Of a stretch of DNA of 64,000 nucleotides, positions 1 through 10,266 are shown one piece after another (position 1 is the stretch's first letter; each line of letters opens with the position of its first letter). Origin of the DNA: Paramoeba atlantica (Eukaryota > Protista > Discosea); NCBI GenBank assembly GCA_977017575.1, contig CDRNVI010000049.1, positions 62,001 through 126,000 on the forward strand, given 5' to 3'. A model generated the notes under the pieces. The model did not search any database and was not told the DNA's origin. It saw only the letters and a program-made list of their open reading frames with translations. Both the position numbers and the translations under genes were made by a program.

Positions 1-1231
1 GCTACTAGTTGAGGTTTTATCTTCATTTTCTGTCTTCTTTTGTTGTGCATTTTTGTTCACTTTCTTGTATAAATTTTTTCCCCAGATGTGCCGTTCTTTT
101 GGCTTGATTTTTCTCGACATGGTAGCTCGCATGTCCATTTTCGCCGACTCGGACAGAGTGAGTGCGCAGATTTACATCCAATGGAACACATTAATCCTTT
201 TAGTTGAGATATGGCCGCAGGGTCCATAACCTTGTTCGTAACTAAAGTTAGAGGTGCATTAAAATTTCCAATAACCAACAAGGGGCGCTGTTTTGCTTTG
301 TAATCTACTCCGCGACATGACCGAGTTACTTCGCCTATAAACTCCGTATGTGTGGCTTCAGAGGAGTCCCTCGTTGGGGCATAGACATTCAACAAAAGGC
401 CTTTCCCATCTTCCAGCTGATAAGTGGCACCCATAATCCTCCCACTTACCTTCCAAACTCTCAAAAGAGCCCGCGAACTAATGATACACATTCCATTGTA
501 GGAATCCTGACCTGTGACGGACTGCAAATATATGTGAAACTGTTGTCCTAAGTTGGAAATCTGCCTGTAGAGTACGCCATCCTCGTGGCCGTCTTCTGAA
601 AACTTGTCTCCTGAAGGCACATAATGTCGATCCCCTTTTCTGTCATAAGGGAGAGAATCTTACAAAAACGTGAAGAGCGAAGTATAGAAAATTCATCGTC
701 TCCCTCCAGTTTGAGAGTCGTCACGTTTAGCGTACCAACCGTAGTATCTTTCTTCCCAGCGGAACATCTAGTGTTCTCCAATTCGCGATGGGCATGTATG
801 CCACACGATGCCCGAGGTTTAGGGCGGTGACGCACAACCTTTCGAATTTTCTTAGCAGGATTGCTGAGCAGAGCAGCGCAGAGAACTACGCCAGCAGAAG
901 GATAGGGGGGGAAGGGAAGAGTTGTATTCGTACGCTCCTCGTACCGAACACGAAGCAAGCCAGACATTGAATCACTCCTCATCAACGCCCATCGCACTTC
1001 TTCAACTTTTCCCTTCCAAAACAATAATCTCGAGCAGGTTTCATGACGCCACACTACCCTAATCAACGCTCCAACCTTGGCCATTTTCAAAATTGCACGC
1101 ACCGCCCTCTGGCGGAGTTTTGCGAATCCTTTCCCTGCTCGCGGACGGAAAAGGACTCCCCGAACACGCTTGGTTCGATAGAGAGTTTCAAGAAGCTCTG
1201 TCCCCTCTACCGCGCCGGAAGCATCCGCCAT
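1..1231 (-). mobile_element. Degenerate non-LTR retrotransposon (LINE) 5' part with APE endonuclease domain; continues off the left edge
   Basis: ORFs 548..1231 and 57..620 together give APE motifs in order: VGTLNVTTL, GIDIMCLQETS, LNVYAPT, LVIGNFNAPL. Broken by a TAG at 548-550 and a frameshift. Confidence 0.8.
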
Positions 1232-1700
1232 CTTTTTATAAAAGACATATAAAAAGTGTGTAAAAAGTGTCTAAAAACTTAATAATATTAGTCGGCAGTG
1301 TATAATGCCTAAAATCAAATCAAAAAAAAATATGCATTATCAGTGTGCATTATGCAATATCAGCGTGCGAGTTTTGTGCGTTATCAGTGTGCGAGTGCCC
1401 ACCCCTTATATCAAAGTGATGATTTTTGGAAAATTCTTTTAAAGTCTCATACTTCGCACCCTTCACAATCGATATCTGGACCCATACATCAACATACGCC
1501 CACTACTTTCTTCGGGGAAAGGCAAAACGGGGGCTTTTGCCTTCAGAAGTGAGCTTCGCTCACAGTTGGGGCTTGCTCGTAAAAGGGGGGCTTCTGTCTC
1601 CTGAAGTGGGCTACGCTCACAGTTAAAAAAATTATTTTTTCTCTAATTTTTTCTTCTGAGAAAAATATTTCTTTAGAAAGTTTTGCGCCTCCTTCGAAAA

Positions 1701-1772
1701 CTCCCCGACCGGGAATTGAACCCGGGTCACCCGCGTGACAGGCGGGTATACTTACCACTATACTATCGAGGA
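1701..1772 (-). tRNA. tRNA-Asp(GTC)
   Basis: Reverse complement TCCTCGATAGTATAGTGGTAAGTATACCCGCCTGTCACGCGGGTGACCCGGGTTCAATTCCCGGTCGGGGAG; complete cloverleaf; TTTT terminator follows. Confidence 0.97.
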
Positions 1773-1830
1773 ACACGTCTGGAAGCCTATGTACCAAATC
1801 GAACAACATGTCCGTTCCATTGTAGCAAAA

Positions 1831-1901
1831 TGCGTCGGCCGGGAATCGAACCCGGGTCACCCGCGTGGCAAGCGAGTATTCTACCACTAGACCACCGACG
1901 C
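1831..1901 (-). tRNA. tRNA-Gly(GCC)
   Basis: GCGTCGG/CCGACGC acceptor stem, CTCGC-TTGCCAC-GCGGG anticodon arm, GTTCGATTC B box, TTTT terminator. Confidence 0.97.
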
Positions 1902-1953
1902 GCAACCAGACGAACAGTGGGGCCTAGCAGGATCAAAATAACATCCATTCAAA

Positions 1954-2024
1954 AGGGAAGACCGGGAATCGAACCCGGGTTATTAGAGCCACAATCTAAC
2001 GTTCTGCCCCTAAACTATCTTCCC
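1954..2024 (-). tRNA. tRNA-His(GTG)
   Basis: GGGAAGA/TCTTCCC acceptor stem, TTAGA-TTGTGGC-TCTAA anticodon arm, GTTCGATTC B box. Confidence 0.96.
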
Positions 2025-2081
2025 CCGGGTTGCGAGGAGCGCACCACGAGTAGCATGTTCGGGATGGAAAAATCACTAAAA

Positions 2082-2153
2082 TGACCGCAGCAGGACTCGA
2101 ACCTGCAACCCTCAGATCCGAAGTCTGATGCGCTACCATTGCGCCATGCGGCC
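2082..2153 (-). tRNA. tRNA-Arg(TCG)
   Basis: GGCCGCA/TGCGGTC acceptor stem, TCAGA-CTTCGGA-TCTGA anticodon arm, GTTCGAGTC B box, TTTT terminator. Confidence 0.97.
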
Positions 2154-2244
2154 ACATGCAAGCCATGTCATGTTACTTTGAAAGAGCTTGTAAGGGAAAA
2201 CAAATTAAAACATTTCCTTGTGCATCCTGGGAACTCACTACAGC

Positions 2245-2346
2245 GCTCGCCCTCTGCGGCACCCAAACAATCGAAGTGATACAGAGAAGATTAGCATGGT
2301 CCCTGCACAAGGACGACTAACTAATCGAGAACGGTATCCCCTTTTT
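2245..2346 (+). ncRNA. U6: U6 snRNA (5' end approximate)
   Basis: ACAGAGAAGATTAGCATGGTCCCTGCACAAGGACGAC at 2281-2317 contains the ACAGAGA box, AGC triad and internal stem-loop; T6 terminator at 2342-2347. Confidence 0.93.
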
Positions 2347-2511
2347 TCAGTGAGCTTCGCGCATGTGTGTGTGCAGACACTGCTTCTTCACCTTGTTCGG
2401 TATTGTCGTATTTTCGATGAGTACTCATCCAAACTACCGTTGCCGGGTACCATTGTGAGGGTCAGTGGGCAAGGCTACCCTTCGTTGTATAAGTTACCCT
2501 ACGTAGTATTA

Positions 2512-2672
2512 GTGGCTTCGTTAAACACGGTGGTTGTTTTCAACTTAGAAGTCACTCATGCTGCGCGCTTCGCGTTGAAAGCTCGATTTCTCGGCGAAAA
2601 TTGCGAAATTTTAACCCGAATTTGGGCCGTTTTTGATGCCTTACCAGTAGGGGCAGAAGGCGAATCTGTCGA
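2512..2672. repeat. Dispersed repeat, second copy at about 43280-43520
   Basis: Near-identical blocks GTGGTTGTTTTCAACTTAGAAGTCACTCATGCTGCGCGCTTCGCGTTGAAA and AAATTGCGAAATTTTAACCCGAATTTGGGCCGTTTTTGATGCCTTACCAGTAGGGGCAG in both copies. Confidence 0.85.
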
Positions 2673-3659
2673 ATTGTTGGAGGGAATGGTTTTTCTGCTT
2701 ACCTAAAATATATATAGAAAAAATCTTGCAGAGCTATAGTTTTCAGGCAGAACATGACGATCAAGTTTCATCAGCATCAGATGTGAAAAACACTTCAGGC
2801 GTTCCAGGCCTGCTCTAATCATAGTTGACAAGCCATGCGCATCAAAAGTATAGAGAAGGTGTAAGAAGAGATTAGTGAATGTTATCAAAAGGAAGAGTAA
2901 GAAATTTATTATTATTGACTGGTCATCTAAAACAACAGCATTTCACCATAAGCAAAGATACATATTTATTTGCTCACGATAAGGTTAAAAACAGGTATAT
3001 ACGTATACCTCTTGTATGGATGAATGACGAACTTTATTGAAACGCAACATCTCAGGTTGCAATATTTTTATCAAAGAAGGCTCTGCGCACAGCTCGCTCA
3101 TTTTACTGTTCGCTTTCTAGTCGAAAGTCAGAATGCAAAAATGTCAGAAGCTAAAAATAAAACGAAAGAAAAAGAGACTCAAAATCTCAGGTTACATAAT
3201 TTTTTACCAAAGAAGGCTCTGCCACGGCTCGTTCTTTTTACTGCGCACTTTCTAGACGAAAGTCCGAGTGAATTGTTGCCACATCCAGCACGATTTCACG
3301 CGCCATCTCAGCAATCGAGCTTTTGCACTTTATTTGTTTAATACCGTTAATTTTACACGTCCCCATCTTGGGATGATAGTATCTCGTATTTCGGTGCACA
3401 ACACGGTATCGGTTTGTTTTATTTTGAATTCTTCCGCAGAGGTCTCCAGCGTCAAAGAGTGACTCTACAAGAAGCAACTCGTTCGTAGATAGCATATCGT
3501 GACTGATAAAGTCTTCGAAGCGACAATTGTCAATAGAAGCTGGCTGTTCCTCAGAAATAGTAGTTTTGATGTTCATGCGCTCGTTGGCGCAGAGATACAG
3601 CCCTTGATGCGACAGCCGATATCATCGGCACAATCCGTATTGACGGATGTCGCACCAAG

Positions 3660-4100
3660 GGGGTTTAGCTCGGACTCTGTCGGTAGAGGGGGTCCAGGCA
3701 ACTCGCCCTCTCTTTACGCAGCCGGAGGGGCGCACTGCAACCGACTCGGTCCCAGTCGGTAGAGGTGGTCCAGGCAACTCACCACCTCTTTACGCAGCCG
3801 GAGGGGCGCACTGCAACCGACCGCTGCCTCGCGATAAGACGAGGCAGAGCCACGCCCAGTGGTCCTCAAGGGAGGCCACCATGGCGCATGGCTCCCCGGG
3901 AAGAAAAGGGCGCGAAGGGAAGAAAGCCGGGGAGGGAAGAAAACCCATTCGAGGAGTGAGCCGGGGAGGGGTGATGGGGTGGAAGCGCGTCCCCTACTTC
4001 TCCGAGAAAGAGGGACAGTTTCGGCCTTAGTGCCGGCCGGCAACGGGCATATAAAACAGTAAGATTATGCCCGTTGCCGGGGAAAGAAAAGATGAACTAA
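3660..4100. repeat. GC-rich non-coding repeat module with two 67-nt structured repeats and a terminal 15-bp-stem hairpin; inverted relative at about 13700-14090
   Basis: Direct repeats at 3679-3745 and 3755-3821. Hairpin CCGGCAACGGGCAT...ATGCCCGTTGCCGG at 4037-4080 and 13740-13784. Shared GTGGTCCTCAAGGGAGG core. Confidence 0.8.
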
Positions 4101-4143
4101 AGGGAAAATGTACCAACAAGGTACAGAAACTGTATCTTTATCG

Positions 4144-4556
4144 TTATATAGAATTGCTCACATCACAATTTGTGACGTCTACAGGTTGCTTTACACGACA
4201 TCGAATGGCAGTTTCAGCCTCAACAAGTTCAGGCTTCAGTCTTGAGAGAAGATCGGAGTGCACAAAGCCTACTGAGCTAAATATGCACTCGCAGGCTGCT
4301 TCAGAAGTAACTGCGACCGACAATTTTCGAGCAACGTGTGACAGAAGGGGAAACGTATGTCGGGTCACAAGATCCGACCAAAATGATTGAAAAGAGCTTC
4401 TGTCGTTATATAGACGGATAGTTTCTACTTTATCGTTTTGATGGTCACCACAACACCATTTATTCACCTCATCGATCACTTTGTATTCGGAGTTGCCGCT
4501 TACGTCGCCTGACAATGAGCACAAAAGGGGGAGACAAATCTCCCGTAGGTTTCGGA
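4144..4556 (-). pseudogene. hAT transposase, C-terminal dimerisation fragment
   Basis: FWSDLVTRHTFPLLSHVARKLSVAVTSEAACECIFSSVGFVHSDLLSRLKPELVE fits the hAT dimerisation pattern W...FP.L..VA..L...S.A.CER.FS. Confidence 0.85.
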
Positions 4557-4558
4557 TA

Positions 4559-5506
4559 CTGTCACCCCCCCCCCCCCTTTATACTTCAGGGGGGTCAACC
4601 CCCCTTTATACTTCCGGTTTCAATCAGCACCCAAAAATCCGCGAAGCGGCGCATTTTTTTAAATTTATAACAATTTTCTACATTTTTTTATTAAACGTTA
4701 GAGATGTGTGTAGAGATATTGCTAGATATACATTTAAATTATTTGCCGTATTTTTTCCCATGTCAATACTCACAGTGGGTTAAGCTTTATCCCCCTCTTC
4801 ATCGCGTTCGGCCTCCCAACGAAATAATGGTTTCAAGCGCGGAGCCTGCGACATTACCAGTGTCCGTCGGTTCACCCCAGGGAGGAAAGAACCCAACAAT
4901 GTAGGAGAAGTTGAATGTGCGTCATTCGAGTAGCAGTGCTCCACAAATCAGCGAGAAGTACGGCGTCTGATCTAGAACCATCCGCTCCATCCGAAAAAAT
5001 GGTGTCGGATTTTTCCAGAAAAAAGTAAATCTATCGTAGTCGCAAGCGCGATGGGGTTTGCACAAGGACAAACATGTCGAGCTGCTAAAAAAATGACGAA
5101 CTCCTCCTTAGCGAACTGGGCGGGATGACAGCCAGCGCGCCTGCTGCAGCAAAGGCGAATGTACCTCGTTTCAAAGACTGTCCCTGAAGCTTCTAATGGT
5201 AGATCGTCCCGACACGTATTCACTACAGCGTAATATACAGCGTATGTTGATTGTGTGCAAGAGGAACACGGAAGCAAACATTATGCCCTGCATGTTTGGA
5301 GATTAGATGATTGATTTTTAGCTAGAATAATAGGAAACCAGCGCCGCGAAGCGGCGCATATGTTTTTTGCCCCTTTTTCAAAAATATTTGTTTCGCGGAT
5401 TTTTCAAAAAATCAGACCCCCCCCTTTATACTTCCGAAAGTCAGACCCCCCCTTTATACTTCCAAAAGTACCGAAACCGGTGGAAGTATAAAGGGGGGGG
5501 TGACAG
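4559..5506. mobile_element. Non-autonomous TIR element (948 bp), TA-flanked, inserted in the hAT transposase
   Basis: CTGTCACCCCCCC..TTTATACTTC at the left end and GAAGTATAAAGGGGGGGGTGACAG at the right end; TA on both sides; internal repeats of CCCCCCTTTATACTTCC and CGCGAAGCGGCGCAT. Confidence 0.85.
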
Positions 5507-5508
5507 TA

Positions 5509-5765
5509 TTTCGAATATGCATTGACGACCACTCTATCAGCGGAGATAGTATTCCTATAATCACGTGCTCTACCCGCAAAACACGAATCAAGCGGTCATA
5601 TAAAATGAGTCGGTGGGATGGCTTAGCCTGACTTTGAACTGCTAGCCACATGCGGAGTCCTGCAGCAACTGAACAATGGTCAAGCTCCATAATGCGACGA
5701 ATTGCGCGGTAAGGCTTGAAAAGGTCCAACAATTCCTTCAGCTCACCCTTTTTGGCGTGCTCATC
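5509..5765 (-). pseudogene. hAT transposase, middle fragment
   Basis: EHAKKGELKELLDLFKPYRAIRRIMELD...LYDRLIRVL...IGILSPL; joins in frame to the 8046-8961 fragment when 5766-8045 and one TSD copy are removed. Confidence 0.8.
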
Positions 5766-8045
5766 GGTGGAAGTATAGGAATATTGCATAAGTATAGGAA
5801 TATTGCATAAGTATAGGAATATTGCATAAGTATAGGAATACTGCATAAGTACAGGAATATTGGGTGGAAGTCAAGGACTTTTGCATAAGTCAAGGACTTT
5901 TGCATAAGTCAAGGACTTTTGCATGAGTCAAGGACTTTTGTGGAACACCAAAGATTTTTTTTTGATTTTCATTTTCCGTGCGTTCAGTGTCCTACACTTC
6001 ACTACATACATTGACAACGCGTGCGTAGCGAAAACTACGAAATTCGGTGAGCTTCGCAAATTGCTTCCCACTAACGACGCACAGGGGAATCCTACGCGGG
6101 ATACGGCTCAGGCCCGCTCACGCGGGCCCTCGCCGTTTCGCGGCCGCGCGCACCCCCGCTCACGCGGGGGCCCCCGCGCGGCCAAAATGGGTACTAAAAT
6201 TTGTTATCAAGGTAGTTGGGCTTCGCAAATTGCTTCCCACGAATGGGTACTAAAATTTGTTATCAAGGTAGTTGGGCTTCGCAAATTGCTACCCACGAAT
6301 CTAGAGAGAAGCACAGGTACAATAATTGCACGATTTTCGCTTCCGTTTGTAAGTCAAGGACTTTTGCATAAGTCAAGGACTTTTGTGGAACACCCAAGAT
6401 TTTTTTTGATTTTCATTTTCCATGCGCCAAGCAAGCCCGGTCCGTGAGCTAGCTTATGAGTATATATAATGGTAGCGTAGCTCGCAAAGTAGTTTTTGGC
6501 AATATACTTTTTGAAGAATCTGCATGCCTGCATGAGGGGTGACCCTCGTAAAATGGGCGAAAACGGCGAAAAACGACCATTTTTCACGAAATTGTCCAAA
6601 AATGGTCATTTTTTGCGATTTTCAAAGGGTTACCCCTTATATGAACACCGCTCATTCAAAGTTTTGTGAGCACACACGAAGAGCTTAAGACCTGAAGAAG
6701 GCCTTATGTGATTCCTTTTCAACATTACGCAGTGTACAGAGATATCGTAAGGTCAACATCGCCGAAAAAAGTATTTTTTTGTTATTATTTGTTAAAGTTA
6801 TTTTTTTATTTATTGTTGCCTTCAAATATTCTCCCCAGGACCTAAACCAGGGGGTAATTCGGTAGTATAATGACAGATCTGTATGATGGTGCTATACATG
6901 AGTCGCAATGGACCAACTCATATAAAGGGGGTCCCTGCTAAAAATTAACTTCTGCAAAAGTCCTTTACTTTGACCGGAATATTGCATAAGTGTAGGAATA
7001 TTGCATAAGTATGCGAATATTGCATAAGTATAGGAAAATTGCATAAGTATGCGAATATTGCACAAGTATAGGAATATTTCATAGAAAGGTAAACAAGGTG
7101 ACAATGCATAGGAAAATAAATACACAAGCCGCCCGCACAGACTCATGGGCCCGGCCGGCCCCTCCGTGCGTTCGGCCTCTCATTTCCCCCAAAACAACTA
7201 CCACCTTCCCCCCATTTACCAGGGGTCGCTCGCGCGACCCCCGCTAAATAGGGGGGGAAGGTGGTAGTTGTGGGGTATGGAGGCCTCTCGCAACTCCGGG
7301 GCCTCACCGGGAGCAAAGGTGAGTTCCCATAGCACCCCGCACCAACTTTTGGCAAAAGTTGAAATCGGTGCCTAAAACTTTATGCATGTGAATGTGCTGT
7401 TCCGATGTATAGGAGTATTGCATAAGTATAGGAATATTGCATAAGTATAGGAATATTGCAGAGCCCCTCTAATTTTTTTTAACTTTTGAAAAGTTTCTCC
7501 TGACAAGATCCCACCTGTATTGGATCTTACAAATCATTTTCCTTGTAGTTAAGACTCCAAAGTATATACGCGCATCAAATTTTCCAAAAATGGAAAAGTT
7601 GCATATAGTGGTGACCCCGCCAAAGTAGCCAAAAGCAGGTGAAAATGGGCTTTTTTAAACAAAATCCACGAAAAGTGGCCATTTTAGGGCATTTTGGAAG
7701 GGTCACCCCTTATATGTGAAGTCTTCATTGGAAGTAAAAGTAGTTCAAAGTGAAAGATTGGGGTACGTTGTAGCGTCCATAAGTTCGGTATTCCATTTTA
7801 CCGGGGATACAAATCTATGAGACACGTGACAAATGAAAAAAATCGTATATTTTCAAGAAATACAACACCTGACTAAAGATTTGCTTCGAATTATAAAAAA
7901 TAGGTGGTTTCCAGACAGTGTAATCGCGGATCTATACAACGGTGACAATGGTCTATCGAAATCAAGAAACTCACAATGGAGTTATACAATATTCCTATAC
8001 TTATGCAATATTCCTATACTTATGCAACATTCCTATACTTTTACC
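5766..8045. mobile_element. Foldback/MULE-like element (2280 bp) with minisatellite TIRs and a 9-bp TSD
   Basis: Termini GGT..AAGTATAGGAAT and TTCCTATACTT..ACC. TIRs are built from a 19-bp unit AGTATAGGAATATTGCATA. TSD GTGCTCATC (5757-5765) / GTGCTCTTC (8046-8054). Confidence 0.8.
7145..7335. repeat. GC-rich palindromic module; reverse-complement copy at about 44790-44965, partial copy at about 13490-13535
   Basis: Arms CCCCAAAACAACTACCACCTTCCCCCCATTTA / TAAATAGGGGGGGAAGGTGGTAGTTGTGGGG around an inner GGGGTCGC..GCGACCCC stem. Confidence 0.85.
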
Positions 8046-8961
8046 GTGCTCTTCCCATGATGCACATTTCAAAACCTTCTCTACTTCAATTAACGTAGAC
8101 CACCAGCGAGTTACGCAGGGTGCCTTCCACCCGGGACAATCCTGCGCAATGCTTATTATGCGCTCTTTGTTCTCTACTTTAAAAATTGATTCCATACATA
8201 ATTGCAAAGAATGTACAGAGCACACACTGTATGACGCGTTGTATTCTTTAGCAGATTCGCGAGCGCCCTTCTTTATCGCGGAAAAGGCATCAGTAACGAT
8301 GTGAGCCACTTTAACTTGATATTTCTTAAGCTCAGTGTTGAACAGTTGTCTGAACGTTTCTGCTTCCAAGTTTTCCACTACCGCCAGACTCCAGCTTGTG
8401 GCATTTCCCGAACTCAGAACGCATACTGAACACGTTGTTCGACCATGGGAAGTACCAGTGTCTGCAGCAATTGTTACAAATTTATTACGAAGGAGAGCGC
8501 TCATTTCAGCACGGCAGTTGTCTTTTACTTGGAGCGTGAAACTTCATTGTTTTCTCACAAGGTACAAAGGACGAACCCACGTTCATCAACCATTTGAAAA
8601 GTGGATCCTGAATGGCCGCGTTCGACACTCCATGATCACACTTCCATTTGATCATCTTTTCGAACACCTTCGAAAGCTTTATTGGACTTGACATCAAGCT
8701 GTCAACAGTATTTTCCGTCTCGCGCTTTCTGGCTCGCTTCTCATGCAGCCATGCTTTGAATGTGTTTTCATGAATCTTTTCTATATGGCTCAGGGCAGAA
8801 GAGTATGACGTGCGAATACCTTTTTCGCAAAAAAAAATCCGCTTGTCCGGTGCATTGCAGAGTTGACATTCATATGCCCGCTTTCCAGCCTCCACCTCCT
8901 TATAGTGAGACTCAATAAATTCAGCGCGACTTTCTGGGTTGCTATCTGAGCGTCTAGGCAT
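8046..8961 (-). pseudogene. hAT transposase, N-terminal BED finger plus catalytic region (frameshift near 8505-8530)
   Basis: YECQLCN...SHIEKIH (BED finger), TIAADTGT, IVTDAFSAI, CSVHSLQL, PCVTRWWST. Confidence 0.88.
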
Positions 8962-9648
8962 TGAAAAATTTCACAAAAATAGTACGATTACAACGTAAAT
9001 CATTGACAAAAAAATAAAGGTAGATAAAGGTAGGGAAAAATAAATATAGTTACTTTAGAGTACCTATAATAAAGTTTTATAGTTATTGAGGGAGATACTA
9101 CTCCCTCGCTACCGTAGGTTAATTCGTCGTGCTCGATTTGTGGCCCGATTTGTCGCCCGATATCGTGCTCGATATCGTTTCAGGTGAGTTTTCGAAAAAG
9201 ACGTTTAAAAAGACGTATGAATCGAATTTAGTGACAAGATGACTAGTTTTTCAACAATTCCGATGGGTACCCCCTGCCCCCCCCACCTCCCCACCAGGTT
9301 GATCATAGGAATTTTTGAAATTTTGAAAAACAAAACTGAAAAATTATGGGTGAAAGGGAAAAAATATATTTTTCCCAAATCAACTCCTAGACCGTTTTTT
9401 GAGAGTTTGGGGCCTGATATACGTGTATACGCTTTGGTTTCATTCGATATTTCTCCCTGTTCCGGTAATACACCTACAAAGGCCAAACTTTACCTGGAAG
9501 TGTGTGACACGCAAGGCCGTAGAGGAAGGAGGAGGCGCAAGGCAAAAAGGCAGAACGCGGAGCCTTCTGTCTTTTTGCCGCGGCGACGACGACTTCCTCG
9601 CGTGGGAAGCTGTAAAGCGCCATAGGGAGCATGTTCGGATGGCTATGT

Positions 9649-9842
9649 AATCCAGGCTAAAGTGGACGAGGGAGATACTAAAGGCACCTTTGGAAAACCA
9701 CCTCGAAACTGGAACGGTATCTCCCGATTTGTAAAGGATTCTGATGGGACAAAAGAATCTTTAACGGGAGATACTGTTGCATTTTTGTGGTGGTTTTCCA
9801 AAGGTGCCTTTAGTATCTCCCTCGTCCACTTTAGCCTGGATT
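9649..9842. repeat. Perfect 54-bp inverted repeat (MITE-like foldback, 194 bp)
   Basis: AATCCAGGCTAAAGTGGACGAGGGAGATACTAAAGGCACCTTTGGAAAACCACC and its exact reverse complement; further internal stems GTATCTCCCG/CGGGAGATAC and AAAGGATTCT/AGAATCTTT. Confidence 0.9.
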
Positions 9843-9869
9843 CGGACCCCGGATATTAGTATTATCAGA

Positions 9870-9990
9870 ATCATAAATAATTTAGGGCAGCTTGAATTGC
9901 TAGTTTTGGGCTACAACATGTGAAATTGCTAATTTGATTGCTTGTTTTAAAATATACCCCCCCAATGGACCTTCATGGTTCATGTATTGA
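9870..9990. repeat. Dispersed repeat, second copy at about 20165-20295
   Basis: Shared CTAGTTTTGGGCTACAACATGTGAAATTGCTAATTTGATTGCTTGTTT...CCCCCCCAATGGACCT. Confidence 0.85.
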
Positions 9991-10266
9991 GTAATATAGA
10001 GGTAATGCCGCGTTTCACACTTCTCCCCCCTTATTAATCGGAAAAAAAAAGTTTGAGATAGTTTCTTTTTGATAGAATCTCTGTACTCCGATATCGCACG
10101 CTTGTCACAGCCATCACCTTTGTGAAATTCACACAGGCAATCCGGTCTGCTTTTCCACTCAAGGACCACAGAATCATCTGCATCAAGCGTTTCTACCAGG
10201 GGTCCGATAGACTTCAAAAACTATAAATATAGTACTTTATAGTACTATATTTTTTTTCATGCTATA

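Noticed and set aside
3238-3640. Minus-strand ORF with scattered Cys residues as a possible transposase zinc finger
   Set aside because: No motif could be matched with confidence.
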